This document shows positions 23,570-37,109 of a stretch of 64,000 bases of DNA, one piece after another. The position numbers and the translations under genes are program-made. Positions within the stretch are counted from its first letter, which is position 1. Every line of letters begins with the position of its first letter. Where the stretch lies: contig CM052817.1 of NCBI GenBank assembly GCA_028534125.1, positions 19,532,001 to 19,596,000 of the forward strand, in the 5' to 3' direction. A model generated the notes under the pieces. That model saw nothing but the letters and a program-made list of their open reading frames with translations. It was not told the DNA's origin and ran no database searches. Origin of the DNA: Lama glama. Its lineage: Eukaryota.

Positions 23570-26500
23570 GTAAATGCCAGGTCCTAAGTATATGTGCATA
23601 CATCCTAAGTGTAAATGTATATACACTTGCTATATGACAAACAGTCTTGGTTTCGTTCTGTGACAAAAGGCTAGACCTCAAAACCAAACCAACTGCCTTG
23701 AAAATACTGAATCTGAGTCAAAGTGATAATAAAATAAAAAGATACAGATTATCTCAAGCACTGGACAAAAAGCATATTCAAAGGCAGGTGAGTGATACTG
23801 GATGCAAGAAAATAAACAAAGCTGTGGTAACAGAATAATAATAGTGATCATAGAACAGTTGGCCAAGTTGGGGCAAAAAGAAATGATTCAACATAAGTTT
23901 TCATTTTATGAATAGTGAAACCGAAACTCAGAGAAGTTTAAGTGATTTGGTTCAATGCATACCGGGAGTTAGGGAAAAAAATTTAGACTGAAGTTCCTGT
24001 CTCCTTTCTCTCTTTTTGATGTTCTTTCCATGATAGAAGTGTTCCGTCAGTCATTTTGCACCGTATGGTAAGGTTCAGAAAAAAATAGTACAGGGAGTTA
24101 CAGACAAACCTGGTTTTTGGTATTGGTTGTAGAGAGAATGATAGACAATGTCCAACTGTGTGTCTTATGTCACTGAACAAGAACAACAAAGCACACACAA
24201 AAAATCTGCATTTAAATTGCTGAGGTTGTCTGTTTGAAAGGGTACTGGCCAGTGATGAGTTGCACACATGTTAAAGGAAAGAAGTCTCAAGGAAGGTAAA
24301 AAATAGGGAAGACTTGAAAACGGCCCCTGGCAAATATGGAAGAATGAATTGCTATACTTGGCTAAACTGGCTTAAAGTTTAACCTTGCTCTTGGATTTGC
24401 ATCAGTGCAGTTTTAACTGTCTTGCTCTAAAAATCCAGATTTTCTATTTTACGTAACAGCAACCTCTTATTTAAACATAATTAGAGAATGTGCTAGCAAC
24501 AGCCTCAAGCACTGAAAGTCCAGCATGTCATAAATGTCTAGTATCAAAGAAATTCAGCAAGGCAGCCATTCTGATGTGCTACCTCGTAGGAAGGAAATTG
24601 GCAAGCAGAAATAATTTCAGTGACCTCCAAAGACAAAGGAAGACTATGAAAAAATATCGAGCATATTCGATTCGCTTTCACATTTAACAGGAGGGCTCTG
24701 AACATTTAGAAGCTCTACGATTATTTCATACTTAATTTAACACCTTGGTAATATACTTCTTTCACATCATACTTCGTGACTCCTGTACAACCTGCTTCCC
24801 TAAGATAGTCAATTAGGTTGACAACAGCAACAGATGTTAGGTTTAAGGTTTCTTTCACACTGACTTCTTTGTAAAGTATCAGAGATCTTAAATAAATTTA
24901 ATTTAAAATTTAACAAAAAGACACATGTGCGGTTTAATAGCAAAATCGTTTACTAAAAGAGTCTGTTCTCTCATTTTGGATATAAGTCTTTATAATTTGA
25001 TTTTGAAGGTAAATGGCAACACAGATCTTACAAACTGGGAGAGGTTGTGTATACCCAGAAAGTTCTTCCGAGCACAGGACCTAACCGCTACCAAGCTTGA
25101 AGTGTGCTGACTTTTCCTGAGGCCACTTACCCCATGGGAGATAACATTCCTTTTCTTAGGGTTGTTCAACTCTGTATCACTTGGAAATTGTCATGTCGAA
25201 GAGAAAGAAACACAGGATTCTGATTATGTAGGGAATGCTTATGAGATTTATCTCCCACCTGACCTCTACTATAGGGACTTTACAAATTAATCTTCATTAT
25301 CATATTGAGAGAGGCATCTTGTCAAAGTCTTTATCTTCTATATCTATATTCATTAAAACTTTGATTAATAGGAACTTAAGATTCAAAAGCCTCAATTAAC
25401 TGATTTTTTTTCTGTGCTCCACTTTTAAGGGAGAAAAGTAATTCATTAAAAGAGGGAGAAAAAGATAATTTCAGGGATTTATTATAAAACCTCAACTTTC
25501 AGCCTCTTGTTCAAATCAGTGAGTCTTTCTTTGTACCACACCTTCTACATATCAGATATCACTGAAGATAAAAGAAATTCAAAGATCACTGCCTTCTAAA
25601 TGCTCAAGTCCAAGAGGAAGGGCAGATATACACAAGTTACAGATTTAAAGACAAGAAAGACTGAGCAATTCTACCTGGAAAAGAGGAAGAAAACTGTTAA
25701 GAAAGGCTTAAGAACAGAGCAAATTTTTCTACTATGTCCTATTTCTTCTCTAATTACATTACTTTAAAGTGATTCTGAAACCCTCCAAATCATAAATCAC
25801 CAAAGAATAATAATGCCTATTTGGTAAGGAAGAAAAGTATATTAAATATAATTATATATATTTAATAAATATTATAGGTATGGAAATCAGTGAACATATA
25901 ACAAGAAAACTGATCAACCACAATCTCTCATATAGTCAATACAACACCTCTTATTTATGCCATCCTCTGATTAAAGCACAATTCATGACATGTAATCATA
26001 TATCTATATTTTTTTTCACTATACCTTTAAATTCATTCTCTGGAGCAAGGATTTTCCTATGTTACTGACTGAAATTAAAGATTTGTTTTTGGTTTTTTTT
26101 GTTGTTTTTTTTTGACTTTCAAGTTAGCAAAAATTCTCTAGATAGTACTTAATGTCTAGTCCAAAATATATTAATAGTAAAATACAGTCCTGAACTGTAT
26201 TGCAAGCTACTCTTAGTTTCTCTTTTGAGAATGTGGTAGGATTATGATGAGAGAGGGGTGGGGTGGCCTCCTTTTCTCTCTCCTTTTATTTCTTTCTGTT
26301 ATACATTTTGCTATCAGCTTTTGTTCTTTTTTTATTTTTCTTATTTTTTTTTTTTTTTGACTCCAACAGTGTAGGGTCTGAGGTTGAGGACAAGGGAAAT
26401 AGAAAAAGAAGAGAGTTTAGGGAGCATGGAAGGAATGGTTGGACCAACGTTAAACTAAATGTTTACTTTGGCTGCTGAAAAGTTTTAATGCTGACACTTT

Positions 26501-26649
26501 CTTTCAATGGTGCTGTATTGAATTCCTTGGAAATTCACTCACATGCCCACTTGGAGGACATTTTGCACATCCACTCTGTTAAGAAGACTGAAGACCTCTC
26601 TTTCCTGGATGACCCTTTACATCTTCATCAGTCCTGAGGCACCTAAAAA

Positions 26650-27090
26650 TCCTAAAAATCCCTCTTACTAGTGTATGCTTCTTCATGGAGGAGATGGGTA
26701 GCTGACCACCCAGGAGGCATCTTTCTCTCTCGTAGTGTAGAGATGTTTCCTCGTGGTGGTGCCTTGGCCAAGAGGCTACATTTTGGGGCATCCCCTTTGT
26801 ATCTGTGCTTGGACATGTGTTCTGAAAAGAAGACCCCGTCTATATCAGTTCTGGATCAAAGTGGGTAAGATGTGCCTTTCCAGCACCCAGCTGAATGGGG
26901 AGAAAAATTCTACAGGTCTGGAGTAGCCGTGCAATAGAAGGACCTTGGATCCCTAAAGAAACTACAAGGAAGAAAGCCTCCTTTCTACGTGCTTGGACTT
27001 AATACAAGCTGAAATAACATTTTATTTTATTTAGCCTCTGGAAGTATAGGATGTATGTCTTGACAGCAACGACCCAGCGTGACTAAAACC
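26650..27090 (+). mobile_element. Old MLT1-type LTR remnant
   Basis: The 3' end ATTTAGCCTCTGGAAG...GACAGCAACGACCCAGCGTGACTAAAAC resembles an MLT1 terminus. It is highly diverged. Confidence 0.4.
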
Positions 27091-27849
27091 AAAACACCCC
27101 TCGATGAAGTTACGGGTCTGAGTATTGTTGTTCTTTCTGTTTATTGATCATGGTTCAAATCTGGTCAAAGGTAAACACCCGACATTGTCTTCCCTGACAA
27201 AATCTGGGCACACAAGTTGTTCCAGGCGGCCGCTTCTCCTTTGCTATGCTGTCAAAGCAGCTAACAGCTATGTTTTGTTCTTCCCTATTTTCCAGGTTGG
27301 AGTCACACATACCACCACTGTGATCCCCAAATTTAACAGTATCAATAATCAGCTTTCAAGTGATCTCCTTAAAGCTCTTTTTTTTTTTTAACACCTACTT
27401 CCTGCTGGAAGCTTTTAAGCAACTCAAATCCACCTTCTACCATATTTTGTAAGTCCTTGGCAGACGTCTTACGACTTATATCAAAAATATGGTATCTATT
27501 TTCTATGGGCTTCAAACAGCACTTCTATTTTAACTTCCTTTTATATTTATATAGCATTTTGAAATACTCAAAACTTTATCACATTTACTTATTTATTTGA
27601 CCTTACAATAATATCTATGCAATAATACAGACTCACCCCCAAAGAAGCAAGTACTGAAAATATGTTGGGAAAATTATTTGCCCCCAAGATTTCTGGAGTC
27701 TTCCAGTTATACTTTCTCAAAACCACTCTAACTTTACTTCCATGAATTTATACTATTTAAGGAGAAAAAAGAGGTTGAAAAATCTTTAAAACAATGATGG
27801 TAACATTGTTTTTTCCTTTCAGCAAATGGCGAGACTGTTGGAATAGTGG

Positions 27850-28002
27850 TGAGGACTCCTGGGGGCTGATAGAAATGTTAGCTCTCTTAATTGTGGTGGT
27901 GGTTTCATAGGTGTATACATCTATCAAAATTCAGCAAACTGTACATCTAAAATATATGTAGTTTCCTGTACAGGAATTATAAAGATGTTAAAAAAAATAA
28001 AT
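27850..28002 (+). mobile_element. L1ME/MC-type 3' end
   Basis: GTGGTGGTTTCATAGGTGTATACATCTATCAAAATTCAGCAAACTGTACA followed by an A-tail. Confidence 0.75.
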
Positions 28003-29599
28003 GGAGAGAATGAGAGAAAGATGGAGATAATGTACCTAGTAAATGGCCTTGTCACAGGCATTCTGCAAGCCAGCATTGATCATGGCGTTCTGTAATGTTC
28101 GGCCCATGTAAAATTCCAAAGAGAGGTAGTAAACCCTCTGAAACAAACAATCAAACAAACAAACAAAAAATAGTGGTGAGGAATGAAAAAGAGAAAAAAA
28201 AGAGTGAGAGGAAGAGTCTAATATTGCATAAGACAATGATATTTAAAAGGAACTCATTAAATTTCATAGCATGCTATCCAACATAGTCTGTTCCTTAATT
28301 TATCCTGCATGTAGCATCTTTTTATTTGTGGTTAGGAGGTGAAAGGGACTCTCCTCAATAACCTGTGTCCCGTAATTGATTTCTAAGTAGTGCAGGGGGA
28401 GGAGAGGTCAGCAATAAAACAAAGGGGGAAAAAATGCCACCACTGAGTGTGGGAATACTACACGAAGATACAGGTCTTCCTAATTGTATCGAAGCTTAAT
28501 CCTCAAGGCATCATCAACTAACCCGGCAAATCAAAACCCCCAGCATTAAATTCAAGGACAAGCAGCAGTGAATTACAGAATGCCAGGCTCCTGGTAATCC
28601 CGGCAATGGTCTCTTCGCACCCCTCTGCATCCTCTCATTTACCTTGGCTTCTAAATGAAGACACAAACACCTGTTCCAGCAGCAGGTGGCATTTGTTTAC
28701 TATAGCTTTGCCTGCTGTGTTTTAATCAGTCTGTGGCTGTAGGAACCCGCCTGAATAACAGATTATAGGACCAGGTTTTTACAGAATGGTATTTTCCATG
28801 AAGAAGTGCAGTTTGATACAACACTTTCATCATACACAAAACACTATATTAGTGGCATTTATTCCTCCATTTCTCTTCCCCTAACATTTAGGGCTACTAA
28901 TTAGTGAATCATTTCACATGCAGAGTTAGCAAGCTAAGCTCTTATTTTTGTGCCCTCAGGGAAACTCTTGTTTTGTGCTCTTATTACAAAAATCCCTGTT
29001 TCTTACGAAGAGAATGACTAATCCCTCCCTGCTTGTGTGTTCCTCTGTTGTAAGCCTCCGAAAGATTGTCAAGGCAACTTCCATCTTAGGAAGGAAGAAA
29101 AAAAATAAAAAGAATCAACAAGAAAAAGCAAAACAAAACAAAAAACACTATGTCTAGATAACAATGAATCTCTGTGTTCAAACTCCATAACGACTCTTTA
29201 AAAAACACACAATAAGAATTTGAAAATGACTCAAATACTACAAGGTAAAAAGAAAACGTTATAAGAAGTGAACTTCTTTCTTGACGATACTGAGATTTTC
29301 TGCAAATGTTATTCTTCCTCTAATTTTTTTTAGTACGTGTGTTTGTTCTTTCTATTTCTTTTGGAGGAGGATCATCATTCAATTAATGTTGATAGAACAT
29401 TTATAAAGTTGGTGACTAAAACAATGAAATATATTAGTTATTCGGAATCTCTTCAGGAGAGTAAAACTTTCACTTCTGTTTTTAAGCACTCATATTTCAG
29501 GGCTCAGCAGAGATGCTACAAAAATTAGAACTGTTTGAAATCTTTGAGAAGTGAGTGAATGAGTGAGCGTATCAGGTCCCCGTTTCTCTCCCCATTAAC

Positions 29600-29885
29600 A
29601 CCTTTGCTCAGACGCCATATTTCTACAGAGGACCTTTTTCTGCATTAATTATTACCTATGCCATTATTTTGCTTCATTTTTCTTCATAGCAGTTATTACT
29701 CCTGACATATTGTATGTTTATTCATTTGTTTATTATCTCCCTCTCCTTAATACATTACAGATACATTTTACAAAATCTATTAGAGCAGACCTTTAATAAT
29801 TGTTTTATCAACTTATCTTCTAGGTCCAAAGGACCCAGTGTGTCAGGGACACTCTAAGTGATCAGTAAATATACACTGAATGTAA
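29600..29885 (+). mobile_element. L2 3' end
   Basis: TTTTTCTTCATAGCAGTTATTAC...TTTGTTTATTATCTCCCTCTCC...CAGTAAATATACACTGAATG. Confidence 0.7.
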
Positions 29886-30029
29886 AAACGAAGTTAATGG
29901 GTGAGTATGTGAGTGGGTAAGTGGTTTAGTGAGTGAGTAGATTCAATGCTCAAATGTTATGAGAACCTCTTATGTGCCAGGAGACAAAGAAATTTAAAAT
30001 AAAAATGTGTATTCTCTGTTTTAGGCAAG

Positions 30030-30400
30030 AGGGGGACAGTAGAGTTAAGAGAAGGTCTATATAAAAGTAGGGGTAGGTGAATCACAGGGGAATTTAGAGC
30101 AGTGAAACTATCCTGTATGATGCTTTAATGGGGGAACTATGACATGATGCCTTTGACAAAATCCACAGCACTGTGCAACACAAAGAGTGAATCCTGACGT
30201 AAGCTGTGGGCTTTAGTTACTAATAATGTATTGAACTGATTCACCAATTGTAACACCAACTGCATACACCAATGCAAGATTTTAACAATATTGCAAAACG
30301 TGAGAGGAGAGGGAATATATGGGAACTCTCTGTACTATGTGATTCTTCTATAAAGAGAAAACTACTCTAGGAAATAAAGTCTATTAAATTTTTAAAAATA
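30030..30400 (+). mobile_element. L1MC-type 3' end
   Basis: GCAGTGAAACTATCCTGTATGAT...ACAAAGAGTGAATCCTGACGTAAGCTGTGGGCTTTAGTTA...AAATAAAGTCTATT. Confidence 0.8.
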
Positions 30401-30723
30401 GGTTAAAAAAAGTAAGACACAAGGAGAAATTTCAGAAACCTAGGTGTCATAATTTTTAACAGTGTATAAAAACAGAGAAATTTGTAGAATTAACTTTGTA
30501 GTTAGAAAGATTCTGGACTAACAAAGTCTCCTTTTAAAAGCTGAGTACTAATTGTTCATTAAAGTGAGCAAGATAAAATGCTCAGGACCAAATTTTTTCA
30601 AAAATTTGTATAGAAGAAATTAGAACATGGAACCAAATAACATCCCTACAAACAGTGAAAGACTTGAAAGATACCAGAAAGACGTGCCCACAAAGCAGAA
30701 AAAAAAAATTAGTCTACTATTTC

Positions 30724-32692
30724 TTTTTCTCCCCAGTTCTATTGTGATGCAATTGACACATATCACTGTCTATATTTAAGGGGTACAGAATAATGGTTTG
30801 GCTTATGTATGCTGTGAAATGATTACTGCAGTAAGTTTAGTTAGCACCCATAATCTCATTCAGATACAATAAAAAAGGAAAGCAAAAAAAAAACCAACTT
30901 TTTTTTCTTGGGATGAGAACACTTAAGATTTACTTTCTTAACAATTTCGTACACATCATACAGCAGTGTTACCTACAGTCATTATGCCATGTGTTGTATC
31001 CCTGGTACTTACTTATCTTATAACTGGAAATTTGTACCTTTTGACCACCTTTCTTCAGTTCCCGCTCACCCCATGTCCTTCCTCTGGTACCACAAATCTG
31101 ATCTATTTTACTATGAGTTTGACATGTTCTAATTTTTTTTAATGATTCCGCATATAAGTGAGGTCATACAGTATTTGTCTTTCTCTGTCTGACTTATTTC
31201 ACTTAGCATAATTACGTAAGGTCTGTCATCAACGTTGCTGCAAATGGCAAATGACAGGATTTCTTTTCTTGTGGCTGGATAATACATATATAATATGTAT
31301 ATATATGTAATAACTTCTCTATCTAGTCCTCTGTCAATGAACACTAGGTTGTTTCCATATTTTTGCTATAGCAGTTAATAATACTGCTATACATGGGAGG
31401 TGAAGATTTTTGGGGGGGCTAGCGTTTAGTGTTTTCATTTCCTTTGGCTTTATTCTCAGAAATGATATTGCTGGATGGAAAGTTAGTTCTATTTTTATTT
31501 TTCTGAGGATCCTCCATACTATTCTCCATAGTGGCTGCACCAATTTACAATCCCACAGTGGACAAGGGCTCCCTTTTTCCACATTCTCGCCAGTACTTGT
31601 TATCTCTTGTCTTTTTAATGATTGTTATCCTAAAAGGTATGGCATGACACCTCGCTGTTTTCTTTAAAATTGTTTTTAATTTTATATTTTAATTTTCAGT
31701 ATGGTTAAATATTGATCATTGTGATTTTGACTTGTATCTCCCTAATGCCTAGCGATGTTGACCATTTTTTCAAGTACCTGTTGGCCTTTTATATATCTTC
31801 TTTGGCGAAATGTCTATTCAGATCTTTTACCCATTTTTAATTGGGTTATTTATTGTTTTGCTACTGAGTTGTACGAGTTCTTTGTATATTTTGGATATTA
31901 ACCCTTTAGCAGATGTATGGTTTGTGAATATTTTTGTTGTTTCACAGGTTGTCTTTTTTTGTATATAAATATTTTTATTGAAGTGTAGTCAGTTTACAAT
32001 ATTGTGTCAATTTCTGATGTACAGCATAATGTTTCAGTCATACATGAACGTACATATGTTCATTTTCATACTCCTTTTCACCATAAGTTACTACAAGATA
32101 TTGAATATAGCTCCCTGTGCTATACATATGAATTTGTTTTCTGTTTTCTATATATTAGTTAATATTTGCAAATCTCGAACTTCCAATTTATCCCTTCCCA
32201 CTCACTTCCCACCCTGGTAACCATAAGTTTGTTTTCTATGTCTGTGAGCCTGTTTCTGTTCTGTAAATAAGTTTGTTTGTATTTTTTTTTAATTCCACAT
32301 AGAAGTGATATCATATGGTATTTTTCTTTCTCTTTCTGGCTTTCCTCACTTAGAATGACAATCTCCAGGTCCATCCATGTTGCTGTAAGTGGCATTATTT
32401 TATTCTTTCTAATGGCTGAGGAGTATTCCATTGTATAAATATACCATAACTTCTTGCCTTTGCTGTCCAGAGCCTTTAAATCTGAGGTAGTCCCACTTGT
32501 TTGTTTTTGAGTTTGTTGCTTCTACTTTGGGTGTCATGTCCAAAATTGTTGTTGAGACTCATATGAAGAAGCATTGTTTTCTATTTTTTTTTTTACAACT
32601 TTCATGGTTTCATATCTTACATTAAAGTCTAATCCATGTAGGATTAATTCAATTTTTTGTGACTTTTATAGGATAAGGGTCTAGTTTTATAC
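30724..32692 (-). mobile_element. L1MA-type 3' fragment with 14-bp TSD, containing nested insertions
   Basis: ORF2 C-terminal remnants (DCKLVQPLWRIVWRILRKIKIEL; MLSEISQTEKDKYCMTSLICGI). TSD is TAGTCTACTATTTC (30710-30723) / TAATCGACTATTTC (32693-32706). Confidence 0.9.
31955..32453 (-). mobile_element. Younger artiodactyl/camelid L1 3' end nested in the older L1
   Basis: ORF2 end MEYSSAIRKNKIMPLTATWMDLEIVILSEESQKEKEKYHMISLLCGI followed by 3' UTR and tail. The host L1 resumes at CCTTTGCTGTCCAGAGC. Confidence 0.88.
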
Positions 32693-32706
32693 TAATCGAC
32701 TATTTC

Positions 32707-33800
32707 AAAACAACTAAAACATATTTTTAGAAAGTTATACAAGATATGAAAAACCTCATAAATCTGAAATATTTTAATATAAAGTAAATAATGAAAAAGT
32801 AAGAGAAAAATAATTTGTTATGGGAACTAACCAAACAAAACATAACAGTGAAAAATTATAAGAGGTAATGCCTTGAAAAGAATAGAAAATGACAGAGAAG
32901 ACTTTTAAAAGTAAAGTAAAAGAAAGATAAAAGTTTTGAGAAAGTAACAAATATTTAATCAGGCAAGGAATATATTCCATATGGACAATGGGAATCTTAA
33001 GAAGAAAACCAAAATAAGACAGCAATACAAAACAAATCTAGAATGCGATGTAACCATCATTAAAATTTTAAAAGCTGCTTGAAGCAATATATTCAAAGGG
33101 CACACACACACACAAGAAAAAATACTAAAATCAAGATATATTCTTTAAAATTATTAATACGTTTAGAAAAATAAAAACCTTCTACATCTAGGCAAAACAA
33201 GTAAGAACTTGCAAGAAAAAGAAAATTAGATTATCCTCATATGGTTTTTTAAGAGCAATGTATTTGCATAAAAAATGGAAAATAAAATTTAAGATAGGTA
33301 AAGGTAGAAAGTGTCCAGGGAGGTTATGCTGAGTAGAAGGTAGAAGCGTCTCTCAATGATAAATGATACAGACAAGCTATTATCAACATGCAAGCACCTG
33401 GGAAATATTATTCTAATGCACCATTCCTGAGGAATGTGCTAGAGAAAGAGCACGAGATCACAAAATGAATAGAGACATTGACGTAAGGACTGAGAGCGAG
33501 GATTTTTACATGGGCACTTCTAGAACTAAGACTTCATTATAGTAAAAGAGAGAGAGTGTAATGAATAATGGCTATATCCCATGACAATATATGTGCCACT
33601 GCAAAACTGTAGAGGTGGAGACTGGGGAAGGCAAATGCAAAGTTTTTTTGTTAATCATATTGCTTACTTTATGAATATCAGTTTTATGGGTATTTGTGAA
33701 ATATTATCCTGAAACCATTGTGTGTATGATTTGCAATTAAAAATAAAGAAATTTATCAACCCTGTGTCCTGGAAAAACCAAGATTCTACGTGTGGAAGAA
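32707..33800 (+). mobile_element. HAL1/ancient L1 ORF1-like region (continues from about 30430-30723)
   Basis: A-rich degenerate ORF1-like sequence (AAAATTAGATTATCCTCA...CATTCCTGAGGAATGTGCTAGAG), split by the L1 whose TSD is seen. Confidence 0.55.
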
Positions 33801-33990
33801 AGAAAAAAAAGAAGAGCTAAGGTAATATAGAAGGCTTTGAGTATAATCTCATAGTCCTGAATTTAAAATAGCAGTACGACAATTGAGATATTTTTTAAAA
33901 ATATATAAAACATTTCTAAAGAATTCAGAATTGAAGAAGCTCACAATGTTCAAAGGTGAGAAATTTGAGCTTTTAAAAGTAAGAAGATTT

Positions 33991-34114
33991 GGAGGGTAAG
34001 GTTTAACTCAAGTGGTAGAGTGCTTGCTTAGCATGCATGAGGTCCTGGGTTCAATCCCCAGTACTTCCCCTTAAATAAATAAGTAAACCTAATTACCCCC
34101 CTCAAAAAAAAAAA
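33991..34114 (+). mobile_element. Camelid tRNA-derived SINE (Vic-1 type)
   Basis: A-box TAACTCAAGTGGTAGAG, B-box GGTTCAATCCC, tail AAACCTAATTACCCCC plus poly-A, and a degenerate TSD AAAAGTA...TTT. Confidence 0.9.
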
Positions 34115-34899
34115 GTATAAGGTTTGCTGTGGATTGAAACTCATCAAATTTGTTTACATTCATGAATATATATATGTATGTATGTGTACACACACAGACA
34201 CACAAATACATGCCCATGTATACTTAGCTCTGGGAGAGAGTAAGAACTAAATTTTATCTTAAAAGCTGGTAAATTAAGGGGAAAAATAAATGTTTATTCT
34301 ATCTGTCTTATGTTAATTAAAAACCGCATAAGCAAATAATTGATGAAAGAGAGTTTCCTTTTGTAAAAGTATTCAGCAAAAATATTAAAATGAAATTAAT
34401 AGAATTTGACCATCATCAGTGATTTCTGCCTCTGATATATTGCTGGATCTCAACATTGAACAACGAACAGATACTAGTAAAGACAAAGGGAAACTCCAGA
34501 CATTATGGGCCTTCAGGCAAAAACAAACCAGCAAAACAATAAGCAGCAGCCACAGCAGCAGTTTTCAGTCTTGCCAAATAATTGAACTCTGAAAATGGAT
34601 CTGAACAAGGCTCTGACTCCCCATCCGCAGTAAAAGGTGCCACCATCTACCCACTTGCTCAAACAAAACTTCTAAGAATCATCTTGGGATCTCCTTTTTC
34701 ACTCACTCCCTTCCTCTTGCTCTGAATCCATCAGCCAGCTCCATGAGGGCCAAGACACATCTGTCTAGTCACTGATAGATCCTCAGACTAAACACTGCCT
34801 GTCACAGACGAGGTTTTGAGGGAGAAAATATGAATAAATACAAATATTTGTCATTATGTGCAATAATTTTCTTCCAAAAGTAATTCATATTTCTAGATT

Positions 34900-35120
34900 G
34901 GCATTACAGTTTTACAGTTAAGAGTCTAGATTCCTTTGAATTCAAATCTATCCTCTAACACTTACAGGTTCCTAGATCAAGCTCTTTGGGCATTATTTTT
35001 CTTATCTGCAAAATGAGTATAATGTTGGTACTTATCTCACAGGCAGTTTAGAAAATTGAACGAGTTACTATGTGTAAAGTACTCAAAATTGTGTTTTGGT
35101 ACATAGTGAGGGGAAACTAA
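34900..35120 (+). mobile_element. MIR SINE
   Basis: TTCTTATCTGCAAAATGAGTATAATGTTGGTACTTATCTCACAGG...TGTAAAGTACT...GGTACATAGT. Confidence 0.75.
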
Positions 35121-36887
35121 ATGTGGTTTAAAAATACATTGCTTATGTTCACATTAGAAATGTGAATCCACTTATTCACATGACATTGGTTTAAGTCTTT
35201 GTGAACGCATAATCCTGGTATGAATGTGGTAGGATCCTTCTCCTGGATCTTTCTTCTAATTGAGTTTCACAGTATTTGAAAATGGTTCTCTGTGAGTAAC
35301 AACAAGATCAATGGTCAATTTACTGAGCAGTTTCTGTCTGACTGCCCCATCTTCCCCCGATATCGAAGGTGCAGGATTATTCTGATTCCTTCATCCACAA
35401 ATTTAAAAGAGGGAAATGTAGGATATCAGGATTATGGAGGTGATAATAATATAAACAGAAGCAAATGAGACTTGAATGAAGTAGGGAATGCAGTGTGGAT
35501 GAGAATCAACAAAATGCAGCACATAATTACATATGGGTAGGATGAGAAAGAAGAAGGAATTTCGGAAGGCTGGAAAGGAGGGAGGGAGGGAGAGAGGTTT
35601 TAAAAAATCAAAGACTCTTGGGATGATAGCAGTGCTATTCACTTATTCATTGATAAAGAAGAGATGTAAAAAGATACTTTATTAGGACCTGATCTGGAGA
35701 TGTGCCCGAAACCTCTGTCACAATTCTGTCTAGACATATCTTTGGTTTAGAATGCAAACCATAGTCTTGGATGTAATATAAAGGGTAATAGAAATCCAAT
35801 AGCAGATAAAATTTGAGACCCATGAAATTAAACAAAAAGAAAAAGAAGGCAGAGAAGACAACAGCAAAGTGTAGGAGAAGAGTTGGAATAACAGGAAGTG
35901 AGTCACAAGAAAACGTCCTCAGGGGAATAAGATGTGGTGAAAACACCAAAAAAGGGGGAAGCGACAAGGAGCCAGCTGCCTGCCACGGGGAAGTGGAGCA
36001 GGAAGATGGACACAAGGAGATGACAGGATAGGGTGACTGCTAGGCGTTGGAAGATGTGTGGCCATGGAAAATACATTATAAGAGCATGAGTGGTAGGAGG
36101 AGAAAATAAAGCAGAAGCAATTCGCGTGCACAACTCTTTTACAAATTAGAATAGTGACATTTTAAACTTGGTGGGGAAACATAGTTGATGATTTTTTCCT
36201 TAGAAAGGGTTTATTTCAGCTGGGGTGGAGGAGATAAGGACAGAGGCCAAAATCCAAAGAAGAGAAACAATATACAGATACAAATCTTGGGATGAGAACA
36301 GAGGGAGGCCAGATTGGAGGAGGATCTCTGGAGCAGGAGCCCAGGCACTGGGTTCTCCCCTCAGCTCCGATGCTGGTCAGCACTGTGGGCTGGTTCATGT
36401 CATCTCTCTCAGCCTTAGATTTCTCCTTCTAAAATGAATGTTGTGAATTGCACTTGAATAATTAAGGCTGCTTTCAGCAGTAGAAATAACACTTTTTCAA
36501 CAAGTTGCCATTTTGGGACAGCAGTTGTGAAGAAAAGAGGTGATTATAAATGGAAGTTGAGGGGGAATTTTTGAGAGAGTGTAAAAATGGTTGGCCTTCA
36601 CCAAGATGTTTTTTCAATTTATTGAGCTTTTATATTTTGTAAGGGTACATGTATTACTCATATTTTGGAAAAAGTCCAGCAAAGTGAACCGAAACATATT
36701 TATTCCATTTCTATCTATATTATTGAGGGAAAAAAATCTTTGAAAGTGTATATATTAAATCAATATTATCTCAGGGCAAGTTGAATATTCTAGTGCCAGG
36801 AACATATTTAGGGGTTTTCCTTTGTTTTTTACAACCTTGGAAATTGTCCAGAATTTTTGCTAACCTCTCCTTCTCTTTTTTTCAAGT

Positions 36888-37109
36888 TAAGGGTCCACAC
36901 TTTTTCTGTAGAGGGAAGACAGTAAAGATTCTAGGCTTGGGGGCCATATGATTTCTCTTGCAAGTACACACATCTGCCACTAATGCATGAAAGCAGAAAC
37001 AGAAAGTACAGAAAAACATGGGTGTATCTGGCTTCCAATTAATTTTATGTATAAAAACAGGTGAGGCAGGGGCTGGAGTTGACTCTAGGCTGAAGGCGGC
37101 CAACCTCTA
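36888..37109 (+). mobile_element. MER58A (hAT-Charlie) MITE
   Basis: ACTTTTTCTGTAGAGGGAAGACAGTAAAGATTCTAGGCTT...TTCCAATTAATTTTATGTATAAAAACAGG...GCCAACCTCT. Confidence 0.85.

Noticed and set aside
25840..25867. AT-only inverted repeat (11-bp arms)
   Set aside because: Low complexity and expected by chance in AT-rich DNA.
33991..34075. tRNA gene
   Set aside because: A and B boxes are present, but a SINE tail and poly-A follow, and a second copy at 40250-40414 has a TSD.
35403..36437. Cluster of overlapping ORFs of 60-122 aa
   Set aside because: Purine/pyrimidine-skewed low-complexity DNA depletes stop codons; the translations are not protein-like.
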